A stretch of DNA of 63,244 bases, the filler included, from Perkinsus chesapeaki ATCC PRA-425 (taxonomy: Eukaryota > Protista > Perkinsozoa): NCBI GenBank assembly GCA_013115145.1. It is 6 parts of 6 records of this genome, joined end to end, with 100 filler letters (N's around TTAATTAATTAA, not from the genome) between each part and the next. Parts side by side here need not be neighbours in the genome. Positions count along the whole stretch, not along the records: positions 42,748 to 48,740 come from JAAPAO010001111.1; positions 48,841 to 58,780 come from JAAPAO010000918.1; positions 58,881 to 60,723 come from JAAPAO010001762.1; 3 more parts are not named here. One strand, 5' to 3'. Shown piece by piece: positions 47,508 to 59,047 of the stretch. The position numbers and the translations under genes were made by a program. The notes under the pieces are model-generated. The model was not told where the DNA came from. It worked only from the letters and a program-made list of their open reading frames with translations, and did no database searches. The stretch's first letter is position 1, and each line of letters opens with the position of its first letter.

Positions 47508-48200
47508 CTAACTTGTCAGGTTAACAGTAGTCGGATAAGTAGTCTCTATGATAGCAGTAGTTTCTGAGGCTTCAGTTGCAACAACAGAGGTGTCATCAAT
47601 TATGGTTGTGGTCGCATCAGCTGTAGTAGTCGGGACTTCCGTAGTAGACACCTCTAAAGTGCTACCAAATGCTACAGTAGTTTCAGTAGTCTCTTGGTCC
47701 TTCTCGTCAAGATGTGGTTGTAGCTCACCCATTGGTTTGCAACTCATTGATGCTAACAGTACTATTTAGAGCTTTTCGCGAGATAAGGGCGAAAAGTCGT
47801 AGCCTGGGAGTCTCATTTCATCGTAACAATCTCGAGTTTTCAGCTGACTTGGGGGCCGTAGATCACGCGCGCAAGGAGGTACAGCTCAGTCTCAATCGAT
47901 TCTTTGTCTTGGAAAGCACGAAGTGCTTGGAGGTACAGTTCGAGCCGGAGTCGGTTCCTCACTTGTATATTTGTGTTTCCACACAATCCTGTGCAAGCTA
48001 GATTGTGCATTTGTATTTGTAACGGTAAGATGATTGTTTTCGGAGCGTAGATTGTTGCCATGCTGGCTCAAGTTTATGGTGAAAACACACGATTTTTCTC
48101 TTTCTATCTGGCATATTGCCAGCGGTCGATTGCCGACTGGATATGTATATGGTATTTGCTGGTCTAATGTATGCCTATATATATCGATGTCTATCTTGCG
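47508..48200 (-). pseudogene. Disrupted reading frame ending in a Thr-rich mucin-like tail
   Basis: One frame runs from ...LDQQIPYTYPVG (~48170) to ETTETT...TTYPTTVNLTS* with three in-frame stops (TGA, TGA, TAA). Confidence 0.35.
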
Positions 48201-48668
48201 CCGCTAAAACATTGATATGTTTAGCGGCATCTGACTGTCACGACTCGATCCGCTGGAACCAGATGATTTACCCATGCACTCGTCTTGCTGTTGTGTTTAA
48301 TGAGGAAGTCAAAGACACTGTACTATTTCTTCACACCAAAGCCATCACCTTCTAGCACGGTTCAAGCCTACTCTTAACTAAGTACAGTACCTCAACCAGT
48401 TGGGAACGGAGATGTTAATTGCATACAGCTAATGTAGCTTGTGTTATAGATTCAAAGTTGGGAGAACCTCTTTTTTTGCTCTTTCAAGTTCCTCCAAGAG
48501 TACAAAATCGGTACTACAGAGATTCTACAAGTGGCATTTGCACCCTGTACGAGGACAAAGATGAGCTGCGAGGTGAGGGCACGAGACATGCTTGAGGTAC
48601 GCTAGTATACGGTGGTGAGGTTACTATATTCGAGATTCTTCACTTAGTACGCAACAAGTTTATAATTA

Positions 48669-48740
48669 AAGTGAGACAATCCAATGAGCCTGTTGCTCGT
48701 TGCTCACCAATCAGTGTTCAAAAATGGTCAGTCGCATGCA
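48669..48740. repeat. 72-bp inverted repeat, right copy
   Basis: Exact reverse complement of 42749-42820. Abuts N-gap. Confidence 0.95.
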
Positions 48741-48840
48741 NNNNNNNNNNNNNNNNNNNNNNNNNNNNNNNNNNNNNNNNNNNNTTAATTAATTAANNNN
48801 NNNNNNNNNNNNNNNNNNNNNNNNNNNNNNNNNNNNNNNN

Positions 48841-48938
48841 TATACCCTGGGAGGTGGTAGTGGTAGTGGTTTAGTATCGGCCACTTCAATATACCCTGGG
48901 AGGTGGTAGTGGTAGTGGTTTAGTATCGGCCACTTCAA
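48841..48938. repeat. 49-bp tandem direct repeat (2 visible copies; may extend into gap)
   Basis: TATACCCTGGGAGGTGGTAGTGGTAGTGGTTTAGTATCGGCCACTTCAA x2, identical. Confidence 0.92.
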
Positions 48939-49974
48939 CCGGTCCGGGGTAGAATCTTAGCGTACATTTCGTCCGCCCGTCGAAATTGAAGTTACTATTG
49001 TCGAAATAGGCGTTGAAAAGGTGTATGGTTGATATGATTCAGGAAAAAAAGCTCTGATATAGTTTAGTCGATTGGAGCAACATGTGAATACAAAACGATA
49101 CCCTAATTCCAAACCGTGATGACTGATATATCAAGATAGCTTGCAGTCCAAAAATACAGGCATTCACAGAAGAAAAGCGAGTGAGCATGTCTTGGGCAAA
49201 TCTCTACCTCACGAACTTTTGACGTATACTTCTCAGCGGCTTCCTTCTTCATCGTTTCCAAGGTTTGGACGGCTCGCAATTTACGTTGCGCTTTCCAAAA
49301 CGCAGTACGAGGTGCTCTGAGGGGGCTAAGCTATCTCGGTGTATTCATTCATTCAGAAGTGCGGTACTGAGCTACTGCGGTGAATAGAAATAACAGTCAT
49401 TGGCCAACTATTCTCCCTCTAGGAAGGATATGTTACTCTTTAGCTAGCTCCTCCCTCTCTCGTATGATTGCCTCATCATGACTACTTCTATCATTCGAGA
49501 GTATCTGCATAAGCGCACAGCCTAAATGAGCCATTCATACACGGGCTGATTTACTGATAGACGAATGATTGTTTGAAGGGTATGCGTATAAGAAAGCGAC
49601 TACAGTGTATACAAAAGCAGGTCATGATTTATCAAGTTCCAACCGTACACAACAAAGCTTCTACAAATGCCTTACCTTGCGTAATGGTGGCGGGGATCTT
49701 GGGGAACCTACAAGCATCTATCGTGTCCATATTATCTTCACTATGCTATCGCTCATACTATACTTTCTAGCTAACCCTACGGCACACGGACGTAAGAGCC
49801 TTCCCCTTGGCAATTTCTCGTGCTCGATTTCAAGGGGCCATCTTATGAGATTCCTACCCACGTCTGTGACGCTAGGTGGAGATTCTGTGTCTCGGTACGG
49901 TAACAGAACCATTGACACCGGCGGTGTTCCTTAGTTAACTTGCCAATTGACCAACACAACTAAAAGGATTGGGG

Positions 49975-52157
49975 CTAATCAACTGTGCCATCGATAGTAG
50001 CGGAAGTAGCATCAAGCTTTGCTTTTTTGAGGATGTTCTGAGAGTCGCTATCACCCCAAACCTCGCGGATGCTAACGCTCAGTCTGGTTCTCTTAAGAAC
50101 GTCAGCAACACTTCCATCCGGATGATGGGGCCGATTCACCGATGATTTCAAGATAGTAGGCACACCATGGAACTGACAGAAAGGCAAAAGGATGAAGGCT
50201 TGTCACACCGAGAAAACAATGTCATAATTCTACCACGAATTACAATGAAAACGATGCTGGAATAGGTTGACTTGTTTGGAAGGCGGATTTATGGACATAC
50301 TAAGAGAGATGCTTTATCAGTTTACCCATTGTCTGGCTTCTTTAGAGAGCACTAAAACATCACCAGAGTTGAACAGGATCGGTGCTGGTGTTATGCCTGC
50401 CTTTGTGTCACCACCAAGCAGGAATACACAAGGTAGGCCCAACGCTAGAATGACCTGAGTCACAGATAGGTGGCTCGAAGACATACAGAAAGCAAGGTTA
50501 CCAAGGGTGATTGATCGCGAGCCTCAACGTCGTCCTTGTGACCACCTAAGCGATCACTCGTGCGATGACTGTGGAAGAAGTTCACAAGGGCAGCCTGGGG
50601 CCGATAACCTAATAGAGAGTTTAATAAATACTGATGAAAGAAAGCCGTCCGACCTCCTTTAGAAAGACTGCTCCCACTAACGTCATCAGCAGCCTCAAGT
50701 GCATCTTGGTAAAGGTGACACGCCCACTGTGGCATATCTGGATAAGCGGTTTATAAAAACGATAGCATAGAGAAATATTGACAGCACGCGCGGAAGTGTG
50801 ACGCAAATCGAACGTTGAAGAGTTCAGCGTGAGGAATAAGTTGTATTCTCTCAAACATCTCAAAGGAGATGAGGTTCCATGGTGAAGCTTGAAGAGCAGC
50901 TGTTAATAATGTATCTTATTCCAGATTCGAAAATCTGTAATGAAGCTCTAACCGCAGGGGAGGGGGCTGCTCACTTCAGAGTACATCGCCGGATGGAGAA
51001 AGACTCACCCGATGCTGAGGTGCCTCGATAAGTTCGCCGAGTCCAATCATAGTGAACACCAAGAGACGACCATCGCAGCTTACGCAGAAGACACGTGTTC
51101 AACTCACTGGCATTATTCGAGCACATCTGAGAGTGACTGAGATCTTGTCGCATCGACAAAGAAGTTGTTCGATTTTCTTGTGTTGAGCCAGTGAGCTTGA
51201 AGCCTGTGTAAAGTGGAGAGTAATTGGGTAGTACTATGGATGGATACCGTAGAAAGTGAAGATACAAAAGTGTAGTAACAGAAGCATTGGTAGGCGTGAA
51301 GTACATTGGTAATACTCTCATGAAGCTACGAACGCCGCCCACTCATCAACAACAATAAATTAGTACGAACCCCTCCTCCTAACGTAGATTTCAAGGTCTT
51401 CCAGTTCCCCGAAGACTTATGCTAAACATTTTAATGGAACCACTAGTCATTTACCTGCTCGTATTCTTCGACCATCTTCGCTCGTTGATCGGGTGTCGTC
51501 AGGGGGTCCAAATTTGTGGTATGCGGATCGGCGATACAGTCGGTAAGAATCTGCAACAAAGGTCATATATCTGTTCAAGTTGAAGAGCTCACTTTCTTGG
51601 TGATTTGTTCAATTCGATCATCACTGTAGAAGTTCCGCAGAAGAATAGCTGCCGATCGTGAAGGGTTTATTGTACAAGCTGAGGGGAAAGCAACAATGCG
51701 ACAAGACAATCACTTCGGGAGAACAATAGCAGCATAGCTGGAATGGTCTAGTTGGTTATGACGATCGCCTCACACGCGATAGGTCCCGAGTTCGATTCTC
51801 GGTTCCAGTATTAAAAATATAACTCGAGTTTCTCCTGTACATACAAAACTCCTACTCTAATACTCGTACTAAAATATATAATGTAATTAGACTTATATCA
51901 TAAACCACAGACGCTTTTGCAGTATGCTACAGTTGAATCGTGCATGTACCTTTAATCGTGCAAGCTCAACAGCGCCACACTAAAGGATCCGGAGTCTCAC
52001 CATTGTTCTGGTCGACAATAACATTCGCTAGGTCTACCGAATCCTTGCAGTCAATCAAGCCAAGATTGGGATTCACCCGGTGGAGCGCATCTCGACACTC
52101 GTCTACCGATGAGCATGATCGTAATGCATGCTCGACTTCAGCGTATCCTTCCTTCAT
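49975..52157 (-). CDS. ALKBH1: AlkB-family 2OG-Fe(II) dioxygenase, ALKBH1-like, multi-exon
   Basis: KLRWSSLGVHYDWTRRTY, AALVNFFH...LGGHKDD (HxD), CVFLLGG, FNSGDVLVLS, RQW|FHGVP (His), TRLSVSIREV (RxxxxxR). 5' exons GLIDC and AILLRNFY resemble the ALKBH1 N-terminus. Confidence 0.85.
51737..51810 (+). tRNA. tRNA-Val (CAC)
   Basis: GCTGGAATGGTCTAGTTGGTTATGACGATCGCCTCACACGCGATAGGTCCCGAGTTCGATTCTCGGTTCCAGTA. Anticodon stem ATCGC/GCGAT, anticodon CAC, GTTCGA T-loop. Confidence 0.95.
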
Positions 52158-52260
52158 TCGTTGATAAGTGCGAGTACTGCAGTTTCAAGTACTTCCTTAG
52201 GAACACAAAAACCATAAGTGATATTAGAAACACTCGTGAGTATTATGATTGTGATATAGT

Positions 52261-53103
52261 TCATTCAATTCGCTTCCTCCCCTTCAACACGTTCGCTAGC
52301 TCTCCGGCAAAGAGCGGATGAGGCGCCATGCCTGAACAGATTTGTAAATCAGAGTCGTCTGATCGCTCCACCTGGCACCGGACGAATATCGCGTATCGCC
52401 GTTGCAGTTTCCTTAGACACGTACGCCTCATCAAGCGAATGAAGATTGTCGACAATCTGAACAACAACTCGAGGCTTGAACAAAATGCTCAACTTAAGAG
52501 GAAGAACCTCCTTTATTTTTTGCATGTATACGTCTTCCAGCTGCCTCCTCAAACAGTTCTCGTTCTCCTCCAGAAGTTCGCCAATTGCCTAACAGAAATA
52601 CTTCAGTCGCTCGACCATCACACTCACCTTCACTTGGGCTTCCTGTGTAAGAGTTGGAGACAGCCATCCTCCCGCCGATTGTTCCCTCGGTATTAAGTCC
52701 GTCGGCGAAAGATTACGAGTCTGTGGGGTAGCATAGCTTCAGCTGCTCAAGATAACTTACCCTTCTCCTTGCCTCAGCACTGAGCCTGAAATCCCCACCA
52801 TCCGCCGGCAATCGTCCAGTCATACAAGCTGTCACTTTACCATCCACCCGAATACTGATAAGGAGACGTGTTGCTTGGAATGTATTAAATGCCCTTATTA
52901 TATTCCCCAACTCACTCGGGTCTCCCAGCTGCCATTGCTAATTCAATCATCTGCTCAGATTCCCAAGTATCACCATCACCGCCTGAGACTGTATCGTCAT
53001 CATCACAGTGTAAGTATATAACAATATCACTATTAGTGCTTACCGCGTCACACTGTGGGGTTTCCCATAACAGTAAAACAACAACAATTATCGCTCTGTC
53101 CAT
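52261..53103 (-). CDS. Multi-exon hypothetical protein
   Basis: Exon-like segments MDRAIIVVVLLLW..., TRNLSPTDLIPREQ...QVK|gtgagt, AIGELLEENENCLRRQLED..., ...GRKRIE*. Confidence 0.4.
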
Positions 53104-53599
53104 TCACAAAATATAATATCGTAAATTTCGAGTGTAAGACTGATGCTCGGAATAATGGAACTCTCAAGCGTGATGATGCTCTTTCATAAAGCAACTTCAT
53201 TTAGATTCCCCCATGGGGCAATCTCCGCCGCTTCGAGCTCGTCGAATATCTCCAAATGAATTTCCCAAAAATGCTCCGAAGAGCTGCAGGACTATTAATA
53301 CTAGAACTCCATCAACAGTTCCTCACGGTTGCTCACCAAACTGCATCTCCTTTCATTTTAACATACATCATAGATGCACGTTTTACATATATGTATTATT
53401 TTTTGTATGATCATAAAGGCCGTTCAATAACAATAACAGCTACGCACCAACCGAGCTCAGCCGCCACCGCAAGCCTTACAGAGCGGGTGACGACAAACCC
53501 TTCTACTTTTGCTTATACCGACATTTTGTTTGTTGTAAATCGTCTAAAAACCGTCTTACGTGAATTTCTCACCTTTATGATTCACCAAGAATACCCCAC

Positions 53600-56500
53600 A
53601 AAAACCATACTGAGTCTCTTTAAGATATAATGATGAAACTGCAGCAGGACCATGGTACCTTAGAAATGACAAGGAACTCCACAAGTATTTTCCGTCACGG
53701 GTGGAATTTCTGAAAATTTCGTATTTCCATGTGAAGGTTTCTCAAGACTTCACAATCGAATTCAGTGACACCGTGCCATGGGCTATCTTTTCCGGTTGCC
53801 TTCAGTATATAATGTAGCCGTGTCCGAGTAGATGGTCATTCCGGACTCTTAGTCAATTGAAACGATATATCTCCTATTACCGTTACCGACTTACGAGAGC
53901 GATCTTCCAGCCATCAACACATTTCTATCGAACCAACTCATACCGCTCCCTCCGCAACAACCCGAACTTTCAACCATACAGCCCTCTTTCAAGCCACCAA
54001 CACATTTCTATCGAACCAACTCATACCGCTCCCTCCGCAACAACCCGAACTTTCAACCATACAGCCCTCTTTCCNNNNNNNNNNNNNNNNNNNNNNNNNN
54101 NNNNNNNNNNNNNNNNNNNNNNNNNNNNNNNNNNNNNNNNNNNNNNNNNNNNNNNNNNNNNNNNNNNNCTTTCAAGCCACCAACACATTTCTATCGAACC
54201 AACTCATACCGCTCCCTCCGCAACAACCCGAACTTCCAACCATACAGCCCTCTTCAACACAATCTTACTGTACAACATAATTATATGTCAGTCTGTCCAA
54301 CAAAGCCTCTAACTCCTGTAATGGTGTGCCTGTCATTGTTGATCCATCAACCCTCAATGCACTGCCGCTGCTGCTGCCATCAACCACTTTGTAATACTCA
54401 TTAGTTCCCGGATACCTGACTCTAAATGAAACAGCGATACTGGCGAACTCTGTCGAGGAAAAGTCGTAGATAGGCAACATATCATCTTCGACGCCGATAT
54501 CTCAATCATCTGAGTCTAGCCGAGCTCTATTAGACTCAATCGATGAAGGAAGCTTTCATGCCTATCAACTTGCACGCATCAGCAACAGCAGTTGCATAAA
54601 ATACTGTAGTGTATGTAACCCTGTCCTATTCCAACCTGTAGGCTTTCATATCAACATCGTAATTAAATGATGGATGACATATAAAGGAACGTCGTCGTCG
54701 ACCATCATCACCACCTAACAACAACAAAGGTTCATCCATTCCTAAGCTTTCCATATCATCAATGATAAATCATAACAAGACAGACTTCAGATCTTTCCAC
54801 GAAGAGTTTTCGAAGGAGGGGAATCCACATTAAGTGAAATAGCGTAATTTTGTGAAAAATATACCTAGGAAATGGCTGTCCCTGAAACCTTGAAGGAGCA
54901 GATTTGTTGTTCATCGTCAATACCGATAAACTGTTTAGTATGTTATTCAATCACCCGATAGATCAGATCTCTCATTACCTTCACCATTCGGCATTCCACT
55001 TGTAAACCAATTAACATCACCTCCAGACAAGCCGGCCAATTCAATCTACAAGATCAAGCAAGTCTCGAGTTGAATAATTCCCTGTATTTCTCAAGCGGGA
55101 TCTTAAACGCGCCTAAATCGATTAACCGTTTCATAACAACAGTCACGACATGCCCTTTTCCATCCCTTGTTACTTCCACGAAAGTCTCGAATAATAAAGT
55201 ATATCGCAAATTGAAAATAAAGACAATTATCCCGATCCTCACCAATCCTTGTCTAGTTTCAAGGCCCCTCTCAGCTGGTATAGCGAACCTCAACAGACGC
55301 TCCACAGCTCTCACTTTACTCTCATTGGTGAGCATATCTGAACATTTAATACAGTATTCTTTAATCGAAGAACCATACTCTAAAATAAAACATTTTTGGT
55401 CGGAAAGTATTTCATCGCATATTCATTTAAATTTTCAAACAGGCGTATGAATCTTCCCATGCTTCAAAGCGTATTATTTGATATTATTGAAACACTCAAA
55501 AGCACGTCCGATGATGAGTTGGAAAAATCGACGTATTAACAAATAGGATCTCTTACATCCGTCTCGAAAGCCAATACCATTAGTGAAACTGGAAGTTATA
55601 CAAATTCATTTCAAATGTACCAAAAAAGCAAGTGAACATTTTCGGCGAATGTGATCCTTCTCCCGTTGCACTACCTGTACTGTATCCTGCCCCAAGCCGG
55701 TAGGCATCCGTTGGCATTAATAATGATAAAGTAAATAAAGTCTATGGAGAACAATCTGACCTCTGTGTCATCCAGAACCCTCTATTACGTACGGCAGTGT
55801 CTTTCGCAATAGTTCCTTATATAGATGATGCGCTACGACGAAGCTACAGTAAGATTCAAAGTATGGCATTGATAGATCTAGCTTTATCTTATCACCGATT
55901 TCGAACTCAAGGCAATTGAAGATGATGACATGTACAATCATTAGCTCACCTGTCTGGGTGGAATGGGTATCTTTAGATTGTCACAATTGCATGCAATGAA
56001 AATCTAATCGATAAGTTCTTAAACTATCCAACATACTTATACCAACCTTTAAACCAGAGCATCGACCGCCGAGATCGTCTTCAAAATGTGTCGAACAATC
56101 ACAAAATGATCCTTGTTTCAATTCCGCACATCCACCGTATCGACTATCGCTTGATGTATCCAATTTTGTAGTAACTGATAAAACGTCACTAACCGCGGTA
56201 ATGATTCATCGCCACTTAAGCGTCAACTCTGCAGTGAAGAACCTTTGAAAAAGAAGGTACCAGAAAGATGTCGCGGTATCAGTTGATGAACTCCTAAGAA
56301 TAACACAACAAAGGAGCTTGTGCCAAAATACCAATACTGTGACCCTGGGACAATAGGTATAAGCGCACTAACTGCACTTAAGTTCTGCACCAATCTATGT
56401 GTACACAAACACAATTACTCTGCGCAATTAATCGATATTAAGAAAAGTACCAAAAAAACTTTTCCACGGAAACCAAGTCCGTGGAGTAATATTTTAACGA

Positions 56501-57266
56501 TATTTCCATGTTAGAAGAGTTCCCATGCCAAATTTCAGGTTGATATGAGCAGTAGTTAAGAAGTTGCGTTACCCTCCACATGGGTCATTAGATTGCGCGT
56601 ACTGAATAATAATAACGAGAATCCTTGACCAAACTTTTGACTAAGAGTCAGAGGCAGTTATCCTACCCATAACACTCACCATCATAGCCTCTATCGATTC
56701 TCATCTACGATACGCGGTTTGACGATAACACTATTTCCGAATCTAATAACCAAAGGCAAGAAGGGCAGTTTTCTATAGATCTCTTCTTGGTGAATATTAA
56801 TTAGATATTATTGACTAAATAATGTACAACACATTGCACATTTCCTATGCATCTCTCGCTCCCGAGTGTATCCCTCCTCCGAATACTACATATAATCCTC
56901 CGATCATCCATTCCTCCATTTGACACATCTAGTAGGGAATCTATTGACTGATCCCAGTTTATCTGATCAATGAGGATTGCAAACAAGTCGATTTCAGCTT
57001 TCTCACTTTATGTTTTACAGCTTCGTTGAAGTATCCTCTACGTAATTTATCTTCACCTGCACGCAAATACCTAACACATGCTTATGAATCAACCTCTAGA
57101 AAATCTTGTACGCTGAACCCGGGATATATATCCAATTAAGTAATAATGGCACTGATGAGAGTATCTGTCTAATAATAACATTATCAGACAAGGGTTAACT
57201 TACAATAATAATTGATATAATAACAGCAAACCATGTTGGCCTCCTCGGTATCGAGGTGGTGGTCAT
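53600..57266 (-). CDS. Multi-exon hypothetical gene(s) with N-terminal hydrophobic segment, unresolved
   Basis: MTTTSIPRRPTWFAVIISIII|gtaagt (ATG 57266), ILSSVPLLLNWIYIPG, YLRAGEDKLRRGYF, plus the 55054-55335 and 54265-54480 exon-like ORFs. Confidence 0.3.
53909..54255. repeat. 83-bp minisatellite spanning an N-gap
   Basis: Unit ...CCAACACATTTCTATCGAACCAACTCATACCGCTCCCTCCGCAACAACCCGAACTTTCAACCATACAGCCCTCTTTCAAG. At least 3 near-identical copies visible. Confidence 0.92.
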
Positions 57267-57548
57267 TGGTCAAGTAGGTCGGTAAAAAATATCATTAATC
57301 AGCGAGCTCACCAGTAATCAGTTGTGTGGTAACAATCTAGGGAAGTGCCAACTCGATTATTACAACGTGTTTTATATGGTCAATAATGATGATTGATAAA
57401 TGGATATATTCCTCTGCTGTGGTGGTGGTGCGATTATGATAGCTCAAGTTTGTGTTATTACTAATAACACAAAAGATATCTTACAACAGCAACAACAACA
57501 ACGATTACATCTCAACAAGTATTATTAATAAAAAATGACAACAACATA

Positions 57549-58598
57549 TTAAGAAGTATTATCCCATTCGTCTTCTTCAATCTCGTAGTTCTTCATTATT
57601 CTCACTGGTTTGGATTGCTTCCGTTTCTTAGCACCTTGCACTTTGCTTTCGTCATCATCTGTTTTCCTTTTAACTGCTTTGGGTATGCTATCATCGTCGT
57701 CCATTAAACTTAACGTTGCAACTGTGCGCTTTTTGCTCAAATCCTTCACCTGGAATGATATAGTGTCCTTCGAGTTGATGTGTATCCATGAGGTGCCGCA
57801 TCTTAAACGTTTCAAGGCTGCGGGAAATTTCTTCCCCATTTCGATGAATCTTTCAACCAAAATGTCCCTCTCAGGCGAGGGGGTCTTTTCGTAAAAATAA
57901 TACTCATCTTTCTCGGCCTTCCATTGCGGTGCATAGGTTTTCAGAGGAACATTTAAAATGTCATGTTTTTCATCCTCTCCACCAAAGAATGATATATTTG
58001 CCGTTTGTTTACTTGGCCGTCCAACAGATACATCAATATGCATGCTTTTAATATCACTGCTCTCAGGTAGTTGATGAGATTTGTATCTCCCAGGAGTGAG
58101 GATAACGTGCTCCTTTTTCTTGCGGGGAGTAAACTCCCCTCCACCAGCCGCAGCACTAGTCAGTGTCATTCGTACGTCTTCGTAGTTATTATCTATCTTC
58201 ATTAACTTGACGATTAGAGATCCATCTTCTTTGGGACAAATTTTGAAATTTCTGAAGGTAGTTCGATACCGTGGAAAGTGCTCGGATATTTTGTTCAACC
58301 GAAGATGTGGACTTCCGCGGGCTTTAGACGTACTAGATTGATGACAACCATCTTGTGGAATGGCACTTAATGTTATGTCGCCAGTTGTGTAAGTTCTCCC
58401 GTTACCCTCGAAAGTGATATTAATTATTGGATAACTGCGTTTATTCCCCCATACATCCATCTTAATATCGATATTATCATTATTATCATTTTCATATCTT
58501 CCATATTTTACAGACAATCCATTTTCATTAACAGCGGCGGCCTTAGCACTACAGATGGTGGTAATCACAACCACGATAATATTATTAACCATTAGCAT
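57549..58598 (-). CDS. Intronless putative secreted protein with two internal repeats and C-terminal basic NLS-like clusters
   Basis: MLMVNNIIVVVITTICSAKAAA signal. Repeats KYGRYEND...IKMDV...INITF and TPGRYKSH...MHIDV...ANISF. KAVKRK and AKKRKQ near the C-terminus. Confidence 0.72.
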   Translation of the reverse strand: MLMVNNIIVVVITTICSAKAAAVNENGLSVKYGRYENDNNDNIDIKMDVWGNKRSYPIINITFEGNGRTYTTGDITLSAIPQDGCHQSSTSKARGSPHLRLNKISEHFPRYRTTFRNFKICPKEDGSLIVKLMKIDNNYEDVRMTLTSAAAGGGEFTPRKKKEHVILTPGRYKSHQLPESSDIKSMHIDVSVGRPSKQTANISFFGGEDEKHDILNVPLKTYAPQWKAEKDEYYFYEKTPSPERDILVERFIEMGKKFPAALKRLRCGTSWIHINSKDTISFQVKDLSKKRTVATLSLMDDDDSIPKAVKRKTDDDESKVQGAKKRKQSKPVRIMKNYEIEEDEWDNTS

Positions 58599-58880
58599 CG
58601 TAAAGATGGAAATAATTAGGGGATCACTTATGGACAATCAACATCTTCATTTCATGTCTCGTCTCCAAATAATCGATGGCGAAAAGCGAAAAGTCTTTTG
58701 GCGCCGTCGTGAAATCTCATCGAATACGGGATTACGGGAGGGAACAGCAATACTCAACCCGAAACCCGGACGCTAGGTTANNNNNNNNNNNNNNNNNNNN
58801 NNNNNNNNNNNNNNNNNNNNNNNNTTAATTAATTAANNNNNNNNNNNNNNNNNNNNNNNNNNNNNNNNNNNNNNNNNNNN

Positions 58881-59006
58881 TAATACTATACTGTATAATA
58901 ATAATACTATACTGTATAATAATAATACTATACTGTATAATAATAATACTATATTGTATAATAATAATACTATACTGTATAATAATAATACTATACTGTA
59001 TAATAA
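58881..59006. repeat. 21-bp AT-rich minisatellite (intronic)
   Basis: TAATACTATACTGTATAATAA about x6. Confidence 0.92.
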
Positions 59007-59047
59007 AACTATCGTCATCATGTCTTTATCACACTACTTACTACTAC

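Noticed and set aside
52713-53103. Phosphoserine phosphatase/HAD resemblance
   Set aside because: No DxDxT motif could be assembled by any plausible splice.
53909-54255. Repeat arrays (83, 49, 23 and 21 bp) as CRISPR candidates
   Set aside because: Head-to-tail units with no unique spacers, no cas genes, eukaryotic context.
53660-54480. SH2-like wording (FRNSTRDGKYLWS; YYKV...LEALL)
   Set aside because: The segments occur in the wrong order and lack the FLVRES core.
58833-59021. ORF MMTIVLLYSIVLLLY...
   Set aside because: Translation of the 21-bp intronic minisatellite.
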